A model generated the notes under the pieces. That model did no database searches. It was not told the DNA's origin and was given only the letters and a program-made list of their open reading frames with translations. Positions 29,717-39,934 of a DNA stretch of 64,000 bases are shown in pieces. The DNA is from Bacteroidales bacterium. Its GTDB lineage: Bacteria > Bacteroidota > Bacteroidia > Bacteroidales > VadinHA17. The translations under genes were made by a program, and so were the position numbers. The first letter of the stretch is position 1, and each line of letters opens with the position of its first letter. The stretch is from positions 89,246-153,245 of the forward strand of contig JARGFQ010000002.1 of the NCBI GenBank assembly GCA_029210565.1, read 5' to 3'.

Positions 29717-30688
29717 ATGAGATATACTCTTTCAGCCATTTTACTTATTTGGGGCTTATTTTCAGGATGCACCCATCAGTTACGTTATTCAGGCAATCCG
29801 GTCTTCCCCGGTTGGTATGCTGATCCGGAAGGAATCATTTACAATGAAATGTACTGGATATTTCCCACATATTCAGCACCCTACGAGGAGCAGGTATTTA
29901 TGGATGCATTCTCGTCAAAGGATCTGACAAACTGGGAGAAGCACCCGCGAATCATAGATACCGGTGCTGTCAGCTGGGCTGATAAAGCCATGTGGGCTCC
30001 TTCGGTCATAAAGAGAGACGGTAATTACTTTTTATTCTTCGGTGCAAATGACATACAGTCCGATGAAGAGACCGGGGGTATCGGAATTGCTGTTGCCGAA
30101 AAGCCGGAAGGTCCCTACAGGGATTACCTCGGTAAACCTTTGATAGATAAGTTTCACAATGGAGCCCAGCCCATCGATCAGTTCGTTTTCGAAGATGCTG
30201 ATGGCAGGCTTTATCTGATTTACGGAGGCTGGCGGCACTGTAACATTGTAAAGCTCAAAGATGACCTGACGGGGGTCGAACCATCGGAAGACGGAACGTT
30301 GTTCCGTGAAATAACACCGGATGGCTATGTTGAGGGTCCCTTTATGTTCATACGCAATGATAAATACTATTTCATGTGGTCGGAGGGAGGATGGACAGGT
30401 CCGGATTACAGTGTTGCATATGCCATCAGCGAATCACTTTTCGGACCTTTCGAAAGGATTGGAAAGATACTCCAGCAGGATCCTTCAATAGCAACCGGAG
30501 CAGGGCATCACTCGGTTATACGGATACCTGGCACGGATAATTATTATATTGTTTACCATCGGAGGCCAATGGGTCAGAAGGACCGTAATGCCAGAGAAGT
30601 ATGTATTGAAAAAATGGAATTTGATGAGAATGGACTCATAAAAGCAGTTACCATAACAAAGGAGGGAGTACCGGCCCGGCCAGAGTAA
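29717..30688 (+). CDS. Glycoside hydrolase family 43 lipoprotein
   Basis: YADP, MWAPS, PIDQ, YVEGPF, AGHHS. Lipobox FSGC. Confidence 0.92.
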   Translation: MRYTLSAILLIWGLFSGCTHQLRYSGNPVFPGWYADPEGIIYNEMYWIFPTYSAPYEEQVFMDAFSSKDLTNWEKHPRIIDTGAVSWADKAMWAPSVIKRDGNYFLFFGANDIQSDEETGGIGIAVAEKPEGPYRDYLGKPLIDKFHNGAQPIDQFVFEDADGRLYLIYGGWRHCNIVKLKDDLTGVEPSEDGTLFREITPDGYVEGPFMFIRNDKYYFMWSEGGWTGPDYSVAYAISESLFGPFERIGKILQQDPSIATGAGHHSVIRIPGTDNYYIVYHRRPMGQKDRNAREVCIEKMEFDENGLIKAVTITKEGVPARPE

Positions 30689-30941
30689 GAAATGTTATTC
30701 AGGCACCTGACGGGTCAATATAAGTTTCAGTTGAGAATCCGGGAAGAATCATACAGATTCTGCCGGAGTAAATCATAAGATACTCCTTCACCTGGTTGCA
30801 AATTTTGTCCGTTCGGGGTACTTTAAGAGCCTCTTAATATTCAGATATTGAGGGGCCTCTTCTTCCCCGGTACAAAAATTGAATACTATATAGGTCCGCA
30901 TCTGCTCCTCCATGTGTAACAGCAGACACCTCTTCCCCTGA

Positions 30942-31799
30942 TTAGTCCATATTAATAAACTGATAACTGAGTGTTCCTTCCCGGTTTGTAACCCTCAGAT
31001 AAGAAGCATATTCAAAATCGTCAATCAGGGCATCAAGTGTTATATACTGTGTTGCATCAAAGTTCTCCACTGAACGACGGTGATCATGGCCCATTATTAC
31101 CATATCGACGTTATTATCAGCGAAGAGGTCGAGCAATGCATATAATTCCTCAATAAGGGGAACGGTACTCGTCACACGGTGGGTACGAAAAAAGTTAACA
31201 TGAGTAAAGACTATGCAGTTCCTGTAGTTGCCCCGGGTGTTCCTGATAGTTTCCTTAAGCCAGTTCATCTGTTTTGACCCCAAAGTCGCGGTACCGGTAT
31301 CAATGCAAATGAAAAGGTCCTTTCCGGACAGGGAGATGACTGTAAAAGTATAAGTTGAGGTACCAAAATAATTCATATAAGATTGCCATCCATCAAAAAA
31401 CAGATCATGATTTCCGACTGTCGGAAAATATGGTTTGGTATCAAGCCGGGCCAGGTGTGTATACACTGTATCATAGTCATATGACTGGCCTGAGGTCATG
31501 TCGCCCACCAGGATAGAGAATGAAATTTCCGGAGCAGTTGTCTTCTCTATAAAAAAGTCAAGATAGTCAGCATGACCGCAATGAGAATCGCCGGCCACCA
31601 GAAAAGTATAACTGTCTGAATTCACAATTATATCTCTTGCAGGATGAGACTCGTTCCATTTCACCGATTGTTCAAACCTCTCGTTGGAAGATGCCTCGGA
31701 GTAGAAGAATCCGCTATAATCCACCTCATCTGAGCATGACTGGAGAATAATTACGGCAGCCCAAAAAATTATATGTCCGATCCTTTTAAGATATCCCAT
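30942..31799 (-). CDS. Calcineurin-like metallophosphoesterase lipoprotein
   Basis: GDSH, GDMT, GNHD, FTH, GHDH motifs. Lipobox LQSC. Confidence 0.88.
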   Translation of the reverse strand: MGYLKRIGHIIFWAAVIILQSCSDEVDYSGFFYSEASSNERFEQSVKWNESHPARDIIVNSDSYTFLVAGDSHCGHADYLDFFIEKTTAPEISFSILVGDMTSGQSYDYDTVYTHLARLDTKPYFPTVGNHDLFFDGWQSYMNYFGTSTYTFTVISLSGKDLFICIDTGTATLGSKQMNWLKETIRNTRGNYRNCIVFTHVNFFRTHRVTSTVPLIEELYALLDLFADNNVDMVIMGHDHRRSVENFDATQYITLDALIDDFEYASYLRVTNREGTLSYQFINMD

Positions 31800-32536
31800 T
31801 TTATTCCAAATCGAAGTAAATAGCCGAAGTAATCTACTTTTATGACTAACAGGCCTGCGGTCTTGTATCCTATATCAATGAATGACGACAGGTTCTCATC
31901 AAACCGGTATTTTCCTTTCAGAATGATCATCGGATTGGTCTCCTGTTCGAACATGAAATAATCATTATTGGTTACGGAAACCATTACATTCCATTGTTCC
32001 TCTTCCTTTCTGACGAGGTACTGAAATGTATAAATCAAATTTCCGGGTTCGATTATCCGGTATTTGCCGGAAGTACTCTCGTCTGATCTGATATATGCTT
32101 TACTGAACCTGAATGTTCTGTAGTTATTACCAAAGGTAAAATGGAAATGGGACAATTTGTAATTTAGAGTTATCCCCCAGTTTGTTTCTCTTAATTCGTT
32201 TGAGAATGGCACCCACAGATAGAATCCGGAGACTGCAAAAGCCTGTTTGTGAATTGAAAATTTACGTGTATAACCAACGGAATAACCTCCAAAATTATTC
32301 TCCCGCTGACCTCCGGCCGAGAACAGGATACCGGCAACAAAACTATCATCTCCCAGGTCGTAAGAAGGGAATATGGAAAAATTGAAATAGCCCTCATCAT
32401 AGACATAATTCCGACCGGTTTCAACGAAGCTCATAACTGAAGGTTGGGAGGAGCAGAGAAAATTAACAAACCAGATCAGGGACAATGATACTGCCAATCT
32501 CTTTCCAAAAATGCCTTTAAGTAGTTGTCTAAGCAT
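31769..32536 (-). CDS. Hypothetical outer-membrane beta-barrel-like protein
   Basis: Signal-like N-terminus and alternating aromatic strands. Overlaps the phosphoesterase start. Confidence 0.6.
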   Translation of the reverse strand: MLRQLLKGIFGKRLAVSLSLIWFVNFLCSSQPSVMSFVETGRNYVYDEGYFNFSIFPSYDLGDDSFVAGILFSAGGQRENNFGGYSVGYTRKFSIHKQAFAVSGFYLWVPFSNELRETNWGITLNYKLSHFHFTFGNNYRTFRFSKAYIRSDESTSGKYRIIEPGNLIYTFQYLVRKEEEQWNVMVSVTNNDYFMFEQETNPMIILKGKYRFDENLSSFIDIGYKTAGLLVIKVDYFGYLLRFGIKWDILKGSDI

Positions 32537-33011
32537 ACAGATTGACTTACAGGGCTTACTGAAGTAAAATCAAATATACACTTATTCCTGGTTTTCTATA
32601 AGTTGGTCAGAAAAGTAGAGAGTCTGTCTGATAATAAAATCCATACTCTGACTAAAGTCAATTGTGCATTTTATTTACCGGCAACAGCCTTCCTCGCAGC
32701 TTCCAGGTGGATGTATAGTTCATGATTGCAGATGGGTTTTAATTCCCGGGCCCTTTCAAGGATTTACAGGGCTTCCTGGTATAAGCCCTTTTTTTATAGT
32801 CCCCAGCCTTTTGAGTCCAGGTAGTTGTAATTACCAGGTTCTGTTTCCAGGGCTTTTTCAACAAGGGCCAGCCCTTCCTCTATGTCAATATCTGCGCCAT
32901 GTCTGAATTTTGTGACTAATTATCAGTGATACAGCAAAAACAAGTGCTCTGATGATTAACCGGCAATCTCATTATATTTGCATCTCATTTCATTATTGCA
33001 CCCTGAAAGTT

Positions 33012-34388
33012 ATGGATAAAAAAGAGCTGGAATCGATCCTTGAGAGCCAGAGGAAATTCTTTGCTTCAGGCAAGACACTTGATATTGATTATAGACTCGC
33101 TAATCTTAAGAAACTGAAGTCGCTGATCCTGCAATATGAAGATGAACTGAAAACAGCTCTTCAAAAGGACTTTCACAAGCCGGGATTTGAGGTTTTTGGC
33201 TCGGAGTCCAGGTTTTCAGTTGCTGAGATTAACCTTATTATTCGTAACCTGAAAAGATGGTCTGGCAAACGTAGAGTCAGAACTTCCATTGCAAATTTCC
33301 CGGCCCGAAGCTATGTCGTGCCGCAGCCATACGGACAGGTGCTCATTCTCTCTCCCTGGAACTATCCTTTCCAGTTGTCTATGGTTCCGCTCACAGGGGC
33401 ACTGGCTGCCGGAAACTGCATTGTTCTGAAAGTATCACAGAAGGTACCCGGCACCATTGAAGTCATATCAAAGATAGTCAGCCATTTCCCGAAAGAACTG
33501 ATTTTACTTGTTACCGGAGAACACTCCCGGAGCGATTATCTCCTGAACTTTCCGTTTGATCATATTTTCTTTACGGGAAGCACGGCTGTCGGAAGGAAAG
33601 TAATGACGAAGGCCGCTGCGAATCTCACTCCCGTAACGCTCGAACTTGGTGGCAAAAATCCATGTGTTGTTGCCGCCGATGCAAAGCTCAGTTACGCAGC
33701 AAAAAGGATAGCCTCCGGCAAATTCATAAATGCCGGCCAGACATGCGTGTCTCCCGATTATCTGCTTGTTGATGATAAGGTAAAGGAGCGTTTTCTTGAA
33801 CTTCTTGTCAGTGAAATAAAATTGTTCTACGGTGAGGATCCGTATGTAAGCCAGGACTTCAGTCGCATGATCAATGCCGAGAAAACGGAGAGAATGGGCT
33901 CGTTCCTTAAAAACGGCAATATCATAACCGGCGGCATTGCAGATCCGGAAACCTGCTATGTGGCTCCGACAATAATTACCGGGGTCAAACCGGAAGATCC
34001 CGTAATGCAGGAGGAGATATTCGGGCCGGTTCTGCCGGTGATCACCTTCGACGATTTCGCTGAAGTATATTCTGTCATCAACTGCAACCCGAAGCCACTG
34101 GCGGCGTATATCTTCACCACAAGCAAAAAGCTCACCCGGGAGTTCCTTTCCGGAACACAGAGCGGCACTGCAGCCGTCAACGATACGGTAATGCAGATCG
34201 CATCACCACACCTGCCTTTCGGGGGGTTCGGCCCCAGCGGAATGGGCAGGTATCACGGAAGAAAGTCTTTTGAGACATTCTCAAACATGAGATCGGTGAT
34301 GGAAAAATCGAACCTCATAGACATTCCCGTACGTTATCCGCCTTATACGGCGTTCAAAGAGAAATTGCTAAGACTTTTAATGAGATAG
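33012..34388 (+). CDS. Aldehyde dehydrogenase (ALDH3/YwdH-like)
   Basis: SPWNYP, FTGSTAVG, LELGGKNP, NAGQTCVSPD, EEIFGP, PFGGFGPSGMGRYHG. Confidence 0.95.
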   Translation: MDKKELESILESQRKFFASGKTLDIDYRLANLKKLKSLILQYEDELKTALQKDFHKPGFEVFGSESRFSVAEINLIIRNLKRWSGKRRVRTSIANFPARSYVVPQPYGQVLILSPWNYPFQLSMVPLTGALAAGNCIVLKVSQKVPGTIEVISKIVSHFPKELILLVTGEHSRSDYLLNFPFDHIFFTGSTAVGRKVMTKAAANLTPVTLELGGKNPCVVAADAKLSYAAKRIASGKFINAGQTCVSPDYLLVDDKVKERFLELLVSEIKLFYGEDPYVSQDFSRMINAEKTERMGSFLKNGNIITGGIADPETCYVAPTIITGVKPEDPVMQEEIFGPVLPVITFDDFAEVYSVINCNPKPLAAYIFTTSKKLTREFLSGTQSGTAAVNDTVMQIASPHLPFGGFGPSGMGRYHGRKSFETFSNMRSVMEKSNLIDIPVRYPPYTAFKEKLLRLLMR

Positions 34389-34411
34389 AATCAAAAGAAG
34401 GATAACAGGTC

Positions 34412-35146
34412 TTACCCCAATCCTGGCAGTAGTAATTGAGTTTGGAGCGAAGCCGGCATTGCGCTGTCTATTATGTAAAAGAAGACCGCGATGAAGTGTG
34501 AGATGCTTCCGGCAAGAACCATCAGATGCCACACCAGATGGGCATACCTGAATCGGGCTACGCGGAAGAAATAGATGCCCGCCGAGTAACAGAGTCCGCC
34601 AATCAGTATCCACATCCAGCCCATGAATGGTAACTTCCTGATAAGCGGTACCAATGCTATCAGCACCAGCCATCCCATTGATGCATAAAGAATTATATTA
34701 AAGAGTCCGACGCCGGTGTTATACTTCACCGGCTTAAGCAGCTTCAGGACTATGCCAATGACTGCCAGTCCCCACTCGATACCGAAAATGACCCATCCGA
34801 ATGGTCCGTGGAGGGTTATAAGAGCCATGGGGGTATAGGTTCCGGCGATAAGCATGAAGATGGCTATCTGGTCTACTGTGAAGAAGAACTCCTTGGTACG
34901 GCCTGCCGGAAGCCAGTGCGTGAACATTGATGATAGATACAGTATAACGAGAGTTGCCCCAAAGATGGCAGTCGATACTATATGCCATGCTGTTCCGACC
35001 CTGGCCGAGTATACCACCATAAGCACCAGAGCTGCCACACCGAGCATTGCCCCGGCAAGATGTGACAGGGCATTGGCCAGCTCCTCTCCCCGGGTAAATT
35101 TCTCCTGTTTCTTGTGTGTTGCCTCGGTTTCTTTCACTGCCTCCAA
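34412..35146 (-). CDS. Hemolysin III / PAQR family membrane protein
   Basis: EELANALSH, DQIAIFMLIAGTYTP, HLVWHLMVL. About 7 TM helices. Confidence 0.92.
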   Translation of the reverse strand: MEAVKETEATHKKQEKFTRGEELANALSHLAGAMLGVAALVLMVVYSARVGTAWHIVSTAIFGATLVILYLSSMFTHWLPAGRTKEFFFTVDQIAIFMLIAGTYTPMALITLHGPFGWVIFGIEWGLAVIGIVLKLLKPVKYNTGVGLFNIILYASMGWLVLIALVPLIRKLPFMGWMWILIGGLCYSAGIYFFRVARFRYAHLVWHLMVLAGSISHFIAVFFYIIDSAMPASLQTQLLLPGLG

Positions 35147-35175
35147 GATAAACAGTTATTGAATGCTGGTTGAAG

Positions 35176-35679
35176 TCACCGGTATGATATATCGATAATT
35201 TCAAAGACAATATCTGACCTGTCTCGTTTCAAGAAAATCCTTTCGCCGACTTTTTTGTTTATCAGTGCCCTTGCCACAGGTGATATGAACGAGACCTTGC
35301 CTCTGGCAATATCAGCCTCGTCAACCCCTACAATCTGAAAAGTCTGTATTTTGCCTGATGTCGCATTTTTCAGGGTTACCGTGGCCCCGAAAGTCACTTC
35401 ATTCTTCTGTTGCTCTTCCGGTTCGACGATCCGGGCTTCGGCTATCCTGTTATTGAGTAACTGCAGTTTTGCTTTGATGAAGTTAATGGCCAGTCGCTTT
35501 TCATTCTCATTGGCGATGTTCAGGTTCTCCCTCTCCTGTATCAACGCCTCCTTTTCAGCCAACAACTCCTCCATCCCGTTGCGGGTGACAAAGTTTGGCA
35601 CACCCTCTGGCAGATATGCCCTCTGCGGCACCATTGGCACCTCTTCCTGATCACCTTCCCTGACGAATCCTCTGCTCAT
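35176..35679 (-). CDS. GreA/GreB family elongation factor
   Basis: MSRGFVREGD N-terminus, VTFGATV, IVGVDEAD, SFISPVARAL. Confidence 0.9.
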   Translation of the reverse strand: MSRGFVREGDQEEVPMVPQRAYLPEGVPNFVTRNGMEELLAEKEALIQERENLNIANENEKRLAINFIKAKLQLLNNRIAEARIVEPEEQQKNEVTFGATVTLKNATSGKIQTFQIVGVDEADIARGKVSFISPVARALINKKVGERIFLKRDRSDIVFEIIDISYR

Positions 35680-35942
35680 AACTAATGTATCCAGACTGCT
35701 AAATTATTTATTAAAGAACATATTCCATAACTTCCAGGAGGTTTTCGGTTGAACCTTTCCAGGTGTTTCAACGGCAGTGAGCCGAGAAAAATATTATTTT
35801 TCCAGTTCGGGTTCCGGGGGGCCGGTTCTCCCTTCAAGAGGACCTGCTGATCGATGAGCCTGTCCCCATCGAGTTTGGCCTTCATGATTGCAGGTACAGA
35901 GGATACTGCTATATTTATTCCGTCAATAACTGGCGGGGAATT

Positions 35943-37382
35943 ATGAAGATCTTCTTTAAACCGTTAATTACAAGGCTGCTGATCGTCTCTGCATTACTCT
36001 GTGCAACTGTGCCTGCTCTCTCTCAGAAGGCTGACACCGTTCTTCCCAAACCCGGCTATGAGACCGCCGTGCTGCTGAGCGAGTATATCAGCCATGCTTC
36101 GGTCTCCGGCACGGAGAAATATGCCGGTGAGTTCCTGGCAGGAGTGTGCCGGGAGCGGGGATTGCACCTGAGAATCTTCACCGACACTGTTGATTCATAC
36201 AATTTTGCCGCATCACTCTATCCGCTTGATTCCGGCAAACCAAACATCATCTTTCTGAATCACATTGATGTTGTAACTCCGGGAGAAGAGTCCGGATGGA
36301 AATACCCGGCATTTTCAGGGACCATAGTTGAGGATACTGTATGGGGAAGGGGAGCGATAGACATGAAGCAGGCTGTGATCATGCAGTTGATGGCACTCTC
36401 CACAATGGTTGACCGAGCTGCCGCGGAGGATCTCCCCATGAATGTAACCCTTCTCTGTGTATCGGGGGAGGAGACCTACGGACTGAACGGCTCAAAGATT
36501 ATCAGTGAAAGATACCTGCCGGAGCTTAATCCTGCTGTCCTGATCGGAGAGGGAGGGATAGGTTCAAGGGAGGTGCTGACAGGTGATCCTCAAAGGCCTG
36601 TTTTCGCCATCTCTCTGAGTGAGAAGCGAGCCCTCTGGCTCAGACTGCATCTGGCATATGAGAGCTCCGGGCACGGATCGGTGCCGCCGCCGGATTATGC
36701 GTCAAAGCTCATGATAAGCTCCCTGAACAGCCTGACAGAGATCAGGCCGCAAATCAGGTTCGATGATTTGTCAAAGCTGATGTTCCGAAATCTCGGTAAG
36801 CTCGAAGGCGGGCTGACAGGTTTCCTGATCAGCCATCCTGTACTGTTCAAGCCGCTGGTGGCAGGAGGCTTAAGGAAGAATCCGCTTATGGCCTCCACCG
36901 TAACCAATACTGTTACGATAACCCATCTGGCAACAACTGAGTGTGGCATCAACCAGATACCGCAGGAGATCACGGCATTTCTAGACTGCCGCCTGTTGCC
37001 CGGGACTTCTACGACTCATTTCCTCAGTTACCTCTGGCAAAAGCTTGACAACAGTCATATAGAGCTGAGTGTCATAGAGGAGACGCAGGGATCAGATTCC
37101 ACCGTTCCTGACAGGTATTACAGCCTTCTTGCCGAATCCATTGAAGATGTGTACCCGGATGCGGGAGTCGTCCCGGTTCTCTTCCCGGCCACCAGCGACA
37201 ACAACTACTTCCGCAATGCCGGAGTCCCGGTGTACGGGGTCATACCCGTGCTTATCAGCCAACAGTTGCTGGAGACGATACATAATTACAATGAGCGGAT
37301 TCCGGTGGAGGCACTTCACTACGGAACAGAAGTATACAGGCTTTTCCTTGAAAAGAGTATGCCGGATACGGATCAACCTTAG
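35943..37382 (+). CDS. M20 family metallopeptidase (secreted)
   Basis: HIDVV, WGRGAIDMK, GEE, GEGG, GHGS, IHNYNE. Confidence 0.9.
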   Translation: MKIFFKPLITRLLIVSALLCATVPALSQKADTVLPKPGYETAVLLSEYISHASVSGTEKYAGEFLAGVCRERGLHLRIFTDTVDSYNFAASLYPLDSGKPNIIFLNHIDVVTPGEESGWKYPAFSGTIVEDTVWGRGAIDMKQAVIMQLMALSTMVDRAAAEDLPMNVTLLCVSGEETYGLNGSKIISERYLPELNPAVLIGEGGIGSREVLTGDPQRPVFAISLSEKRALWLRLHLAYESSGHGSVPPPDYASKLMISSLNSLTEIRPQIRFDDLSKLMFRNLGKLEGGLTGFLISHPVLFKPLVAGGLRKNPLMASTVTNTVTITHLATTECGINQIPQEITAFLDCRLLPGTSTTHFLSYLWQKLDNSHIELSVIEETQGSDSTVPDRYYSLLAESIEDVYPDAGVVPVLFPATSDNNYFRNAGVPVYGVIPVLISQQLLETIHNYNERIPVEALHYGTEVYRLFLEKSMPDTDQP

Positions 37383-37543
37383 ATTGCAGGGCGGGTCTAT
37401 TGTGGAGGTGGATCTGTTGTTCGCCGGGATGGTTCATTACTGGGGCTCAGCCATATATCGCCGGGCTATTCAAATCAGGAGGGTCACCATTCGCTCGCTA
37501 AGTTTCTCACATGCAGAGCATCAGCTTTAGCTCCCACGGCTGG

Positions 37544-38365
37544 TCAGAGCCGGAGAATATTTTTCAGGTTTCCGCCAAGGATCATCTCCTTCTCCCATTG
37601 ACTTATTTTCAGGTTGTTGACCCTTTCAATGATATGTCTTGTATTGTTCTTGCCGTAGGGAGTATCAGAGCCCATGACAACCCTTCCCGCTCCGAACTCC
37701 TTTAGCACCAGATAAATTCTTTCATCAGAGATCAAAGGCGGGCATGAAATATCGAAGAAGACGTTTTCAGCTGTTCTCTCCTTCATGCTTATGAAGATCT
37801 CGAGCCCGATAAGATGCCCCACAATCAAAGGTGTCTTCACAGATCCGGAGAAAGCTATCAGATCTTCTACATCTCGTTTTGAATGTGGGTGAATGAATAC
37901 CGGCAACCCTTCTTCTTCTGCCAGCTCTGCCAGTTCCGCGAAAGCGGGCGAATTTATCCGGAAGGGATGGCAGCTCTGGTGCAGTTTGATCCCTTTTATC
38001 TGCCACGACCTGATCTTTGACCGGATGTCATCGGCAATGTGCTTCTGCCTCAGGTCCGCCCAGTAGAATTGTATAACGCGTCCGTTTGAGGCCCTGGCGA
38101 TCTCATGTACCTCCCGGTTTCCATATTCGATATGCTGTTGTCTGCTTCTGCTACGGGTGGCCTGCCTCAGGAACCTGTTGACAATCCAGCTGAGCTCCTT
38201 GCCAGGAACCTTCACAGGAGGATCAGGCAGTGGCATAGGTCTGTTCCTCGGTGCATCGGCCGGGCAAAGAACCACCATGTCCGTACCGGTCGCATCCAGG
38301 GTCTCCAGGATAGCCGGAAGATTCCTGTATTCCCCTCCGAGATGCGCGTGTCCGTCGATGATCAT
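37544..38365 (-). CDS. Amidohydrolase_2 family protein
   Basis: IIDGHAH, GIKLH, PVFIH, GH, MGSDTP, ILGGN. Confidence 0.88.
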   Translation of the reverse strand: MIIDGHAHLGGEYRNLPAILETLDATGTDMVVLCPADAPRNRPMPLPDPPVKVPGKELSWIVNRFLRQATRSRSRQQHIEYGNREVHEIARASNGRVIQFYWADLRQKHIADDIRSKIRSWQIKGIKLHQSCHPFRINSPAFAELAELAEEEGLPVFIHPHSKRDVEDLIAFSGSVKTPLIVGHLIGLEIFISMKERTAENVFFDISCPPLISDERIYLVLKEFGAGRVVMGSDTPYGKNNTRHIIERVNNLKISQWEKEMILGGNLKNILRL

Positions 38366-38468
38366 AAAATTTTCTTTAGCCGGGCAGATGAGTGATCTGT
38401 TCAGTTTCGAAGATATCTCAATTCGGGGAATAAGAGCAGCAGATATCGTAAATTATTCTCTGAATATT

Positions 38469-38600
38469 TGATCAGAGGAACTGCGCCGGCAGGTCAGTAT
38501 CCTTTCGCAACACTGATTGATCAGAAGAATCGCCGCGGCAGGTCAGTAACCTTCCGGAACACCTGACTGATCAGCGGGTCACCGGGACAAGGTCACGAAT
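38469..38600 (+). repeat. Degenerate tandem repeat, about 50-bp period, about 2.5 units
   Basis: TGATCAG at 38469, 38518 and 38568. Units 1 and 2 share CGGCAGGTCAGTA.CCTT.CG.AACAC. Confidence 0.6.
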
Positions 38601-38804
38601 CAGCCGGAATCACTTGCCTTATTGCTTGGTTGCTGCCATTCAGTCTTATTATGCAATCTGCTATGGGTATAAAATCGTATTTTCAACATGCAACGCCTCT
38701 CTCACGATTGCCGGATGAATACTTTGGTTATTTTCGCAGCGTGAGTTCTGACGGCAGTCACCCTGTCGGCAGGATTACCGAAGAAACCAAAAGTGCTGTC
38801 GATC

Positions 38805-39842
38805 ATGAAAAATTTCATTTATTCCAAACCACTAAGTTCCGGTAATCTGAGACTGAACCGGAGTCTCGTGATAATGATGTTATCGGCGATCTTGTTTCCG
38901 GCAGCCTTGCCGGGACAGACAAAAGATGACTTCAAGCCATCAGGCAAGGCGGAGGTAAGGATCTTCACAGGATTCAATACCACATTCTCTGACGGTGAGA
39001 TGCACAGTAAGTTTGATGTGACCCGTGCCTACCTCGGCTACAGTTACAACTTCACAAGAACTCTATCGGGTCGTGTTGTCTATGATGTTGCAGATCCTTC
39101 GGCTGGTAACCTGAAGTTCACGGGCATGCTTAAGTTTGCATACCTGAGATACAAAACTGAAAAATGGACCGTCACCGGTGGTATGATACCTCTTCCCCAG
39201 TATGCACATGCCGATAAAACATGGGGCTACCGGTATATCTACAAACCTTCGCATGACGTATATGGGTTCGGTACGGCTGCCGACCTTGGATTGAGTGTGG
39301 TCCACAGAATAGCACCGTGGATAACGGCTGACGTCACCCTAATAAACGGTGAAGGATACAAGCTGACGGAAGCTGACTCCACCTTCAAGGCTGCTGCCGG
39401 CATCACGCTTCTTCCCGTGAGGAATGTTTCCCTGCGCGGTTATGTGGACAATATGAGCAAGGATGGCATCAATCAGCAGACGGCTGAGGTCTTCGTCTCC
39501 TGGGAGGAGAGGGGATACCTCCTCTCCGCCGCTTTCCATTACCGGAAAAGCCACAAACTGATTGACGGGCATGATTACCGGGCGCTTACTTTAAACAGCA
39601 GGTTGCCGGTCTCGGAACGAGTCGCGATTCTTGGAAGGTACGATTATGTTGCATCCGTGAAGATTGGCAGCGCGGAAGAGCCCTGGAACCTGGCCAAAGA
39701 CGGACAGTTTTTCCTCGGTGGAATTGAGTTTGCCATCTCTCCGGGGGTCAGGCTCTCCCCAAACTTCCAGGGATGGAAGCCTGCCGACAACAACTTGCCG
39801 TTTATTTCCACAATCTCTTTGTCACTCGATCTGAAGATCTGA
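38805..39842 (+). CDS. Putative outer-membrane porin
   Basis: Signal peptide, FDVTRAYLGY, LKFAYL, ADLG, NGEGYK, GRYD, C-terminal amphipathic strand. Confidence 0.7.
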   Translation: MKNFIYSKPLSSGNLRLNRSLVIMMLSAILFPAALPGQTKDDFKPSGKAEVRIFTGFNTTFSDGEMHSKFDVTRAYLGYSYNFTRTLSGRVVYDVADPSAGNLKFTGMLKFAYLRYKTEKWTVTGGMIPLPQYAHADKTWGYRYIYKPSHDVYGFGTAADLGLSVVHRIAPWITADVTLINGEGYKLTEADSTFKAAAGITLLPVRNVSLRGYVDNMSKDGINQQTAEVFVSWEERGYLLSAAFHYRKSHKLIDGHDYRALTLNSRLPVSERVAILGRYDYVASVKIGSAEEPWNLAKDGQFFLGGIEFAISPGVRLSPNFQGWKPADNNLPFISTISLSLDLKI

Positions 39843-39934
39843 TCAGTCAGAGATAACAGCAGCCATTACACGGTTACTCGCAGTGACCTGCCGTAACAAA
39901 GCAGCAGTGCAGGTACAGCAATCCTCCCCATTCT

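Noticed and set aside
30807-30862. GTCCGTTCGGGGTAC plus hairpin as attR of the tRNA-Leu island
   Set aside because: The match to the tRNA-Leu 3' end is too weak to call. The hairpin may just be a terminator between convergent genes.
35682-35885. 67-aa ORF upstream of the GreA/B gene
   Set aside because: No family motif. It could be a fragment or a chance ORF.
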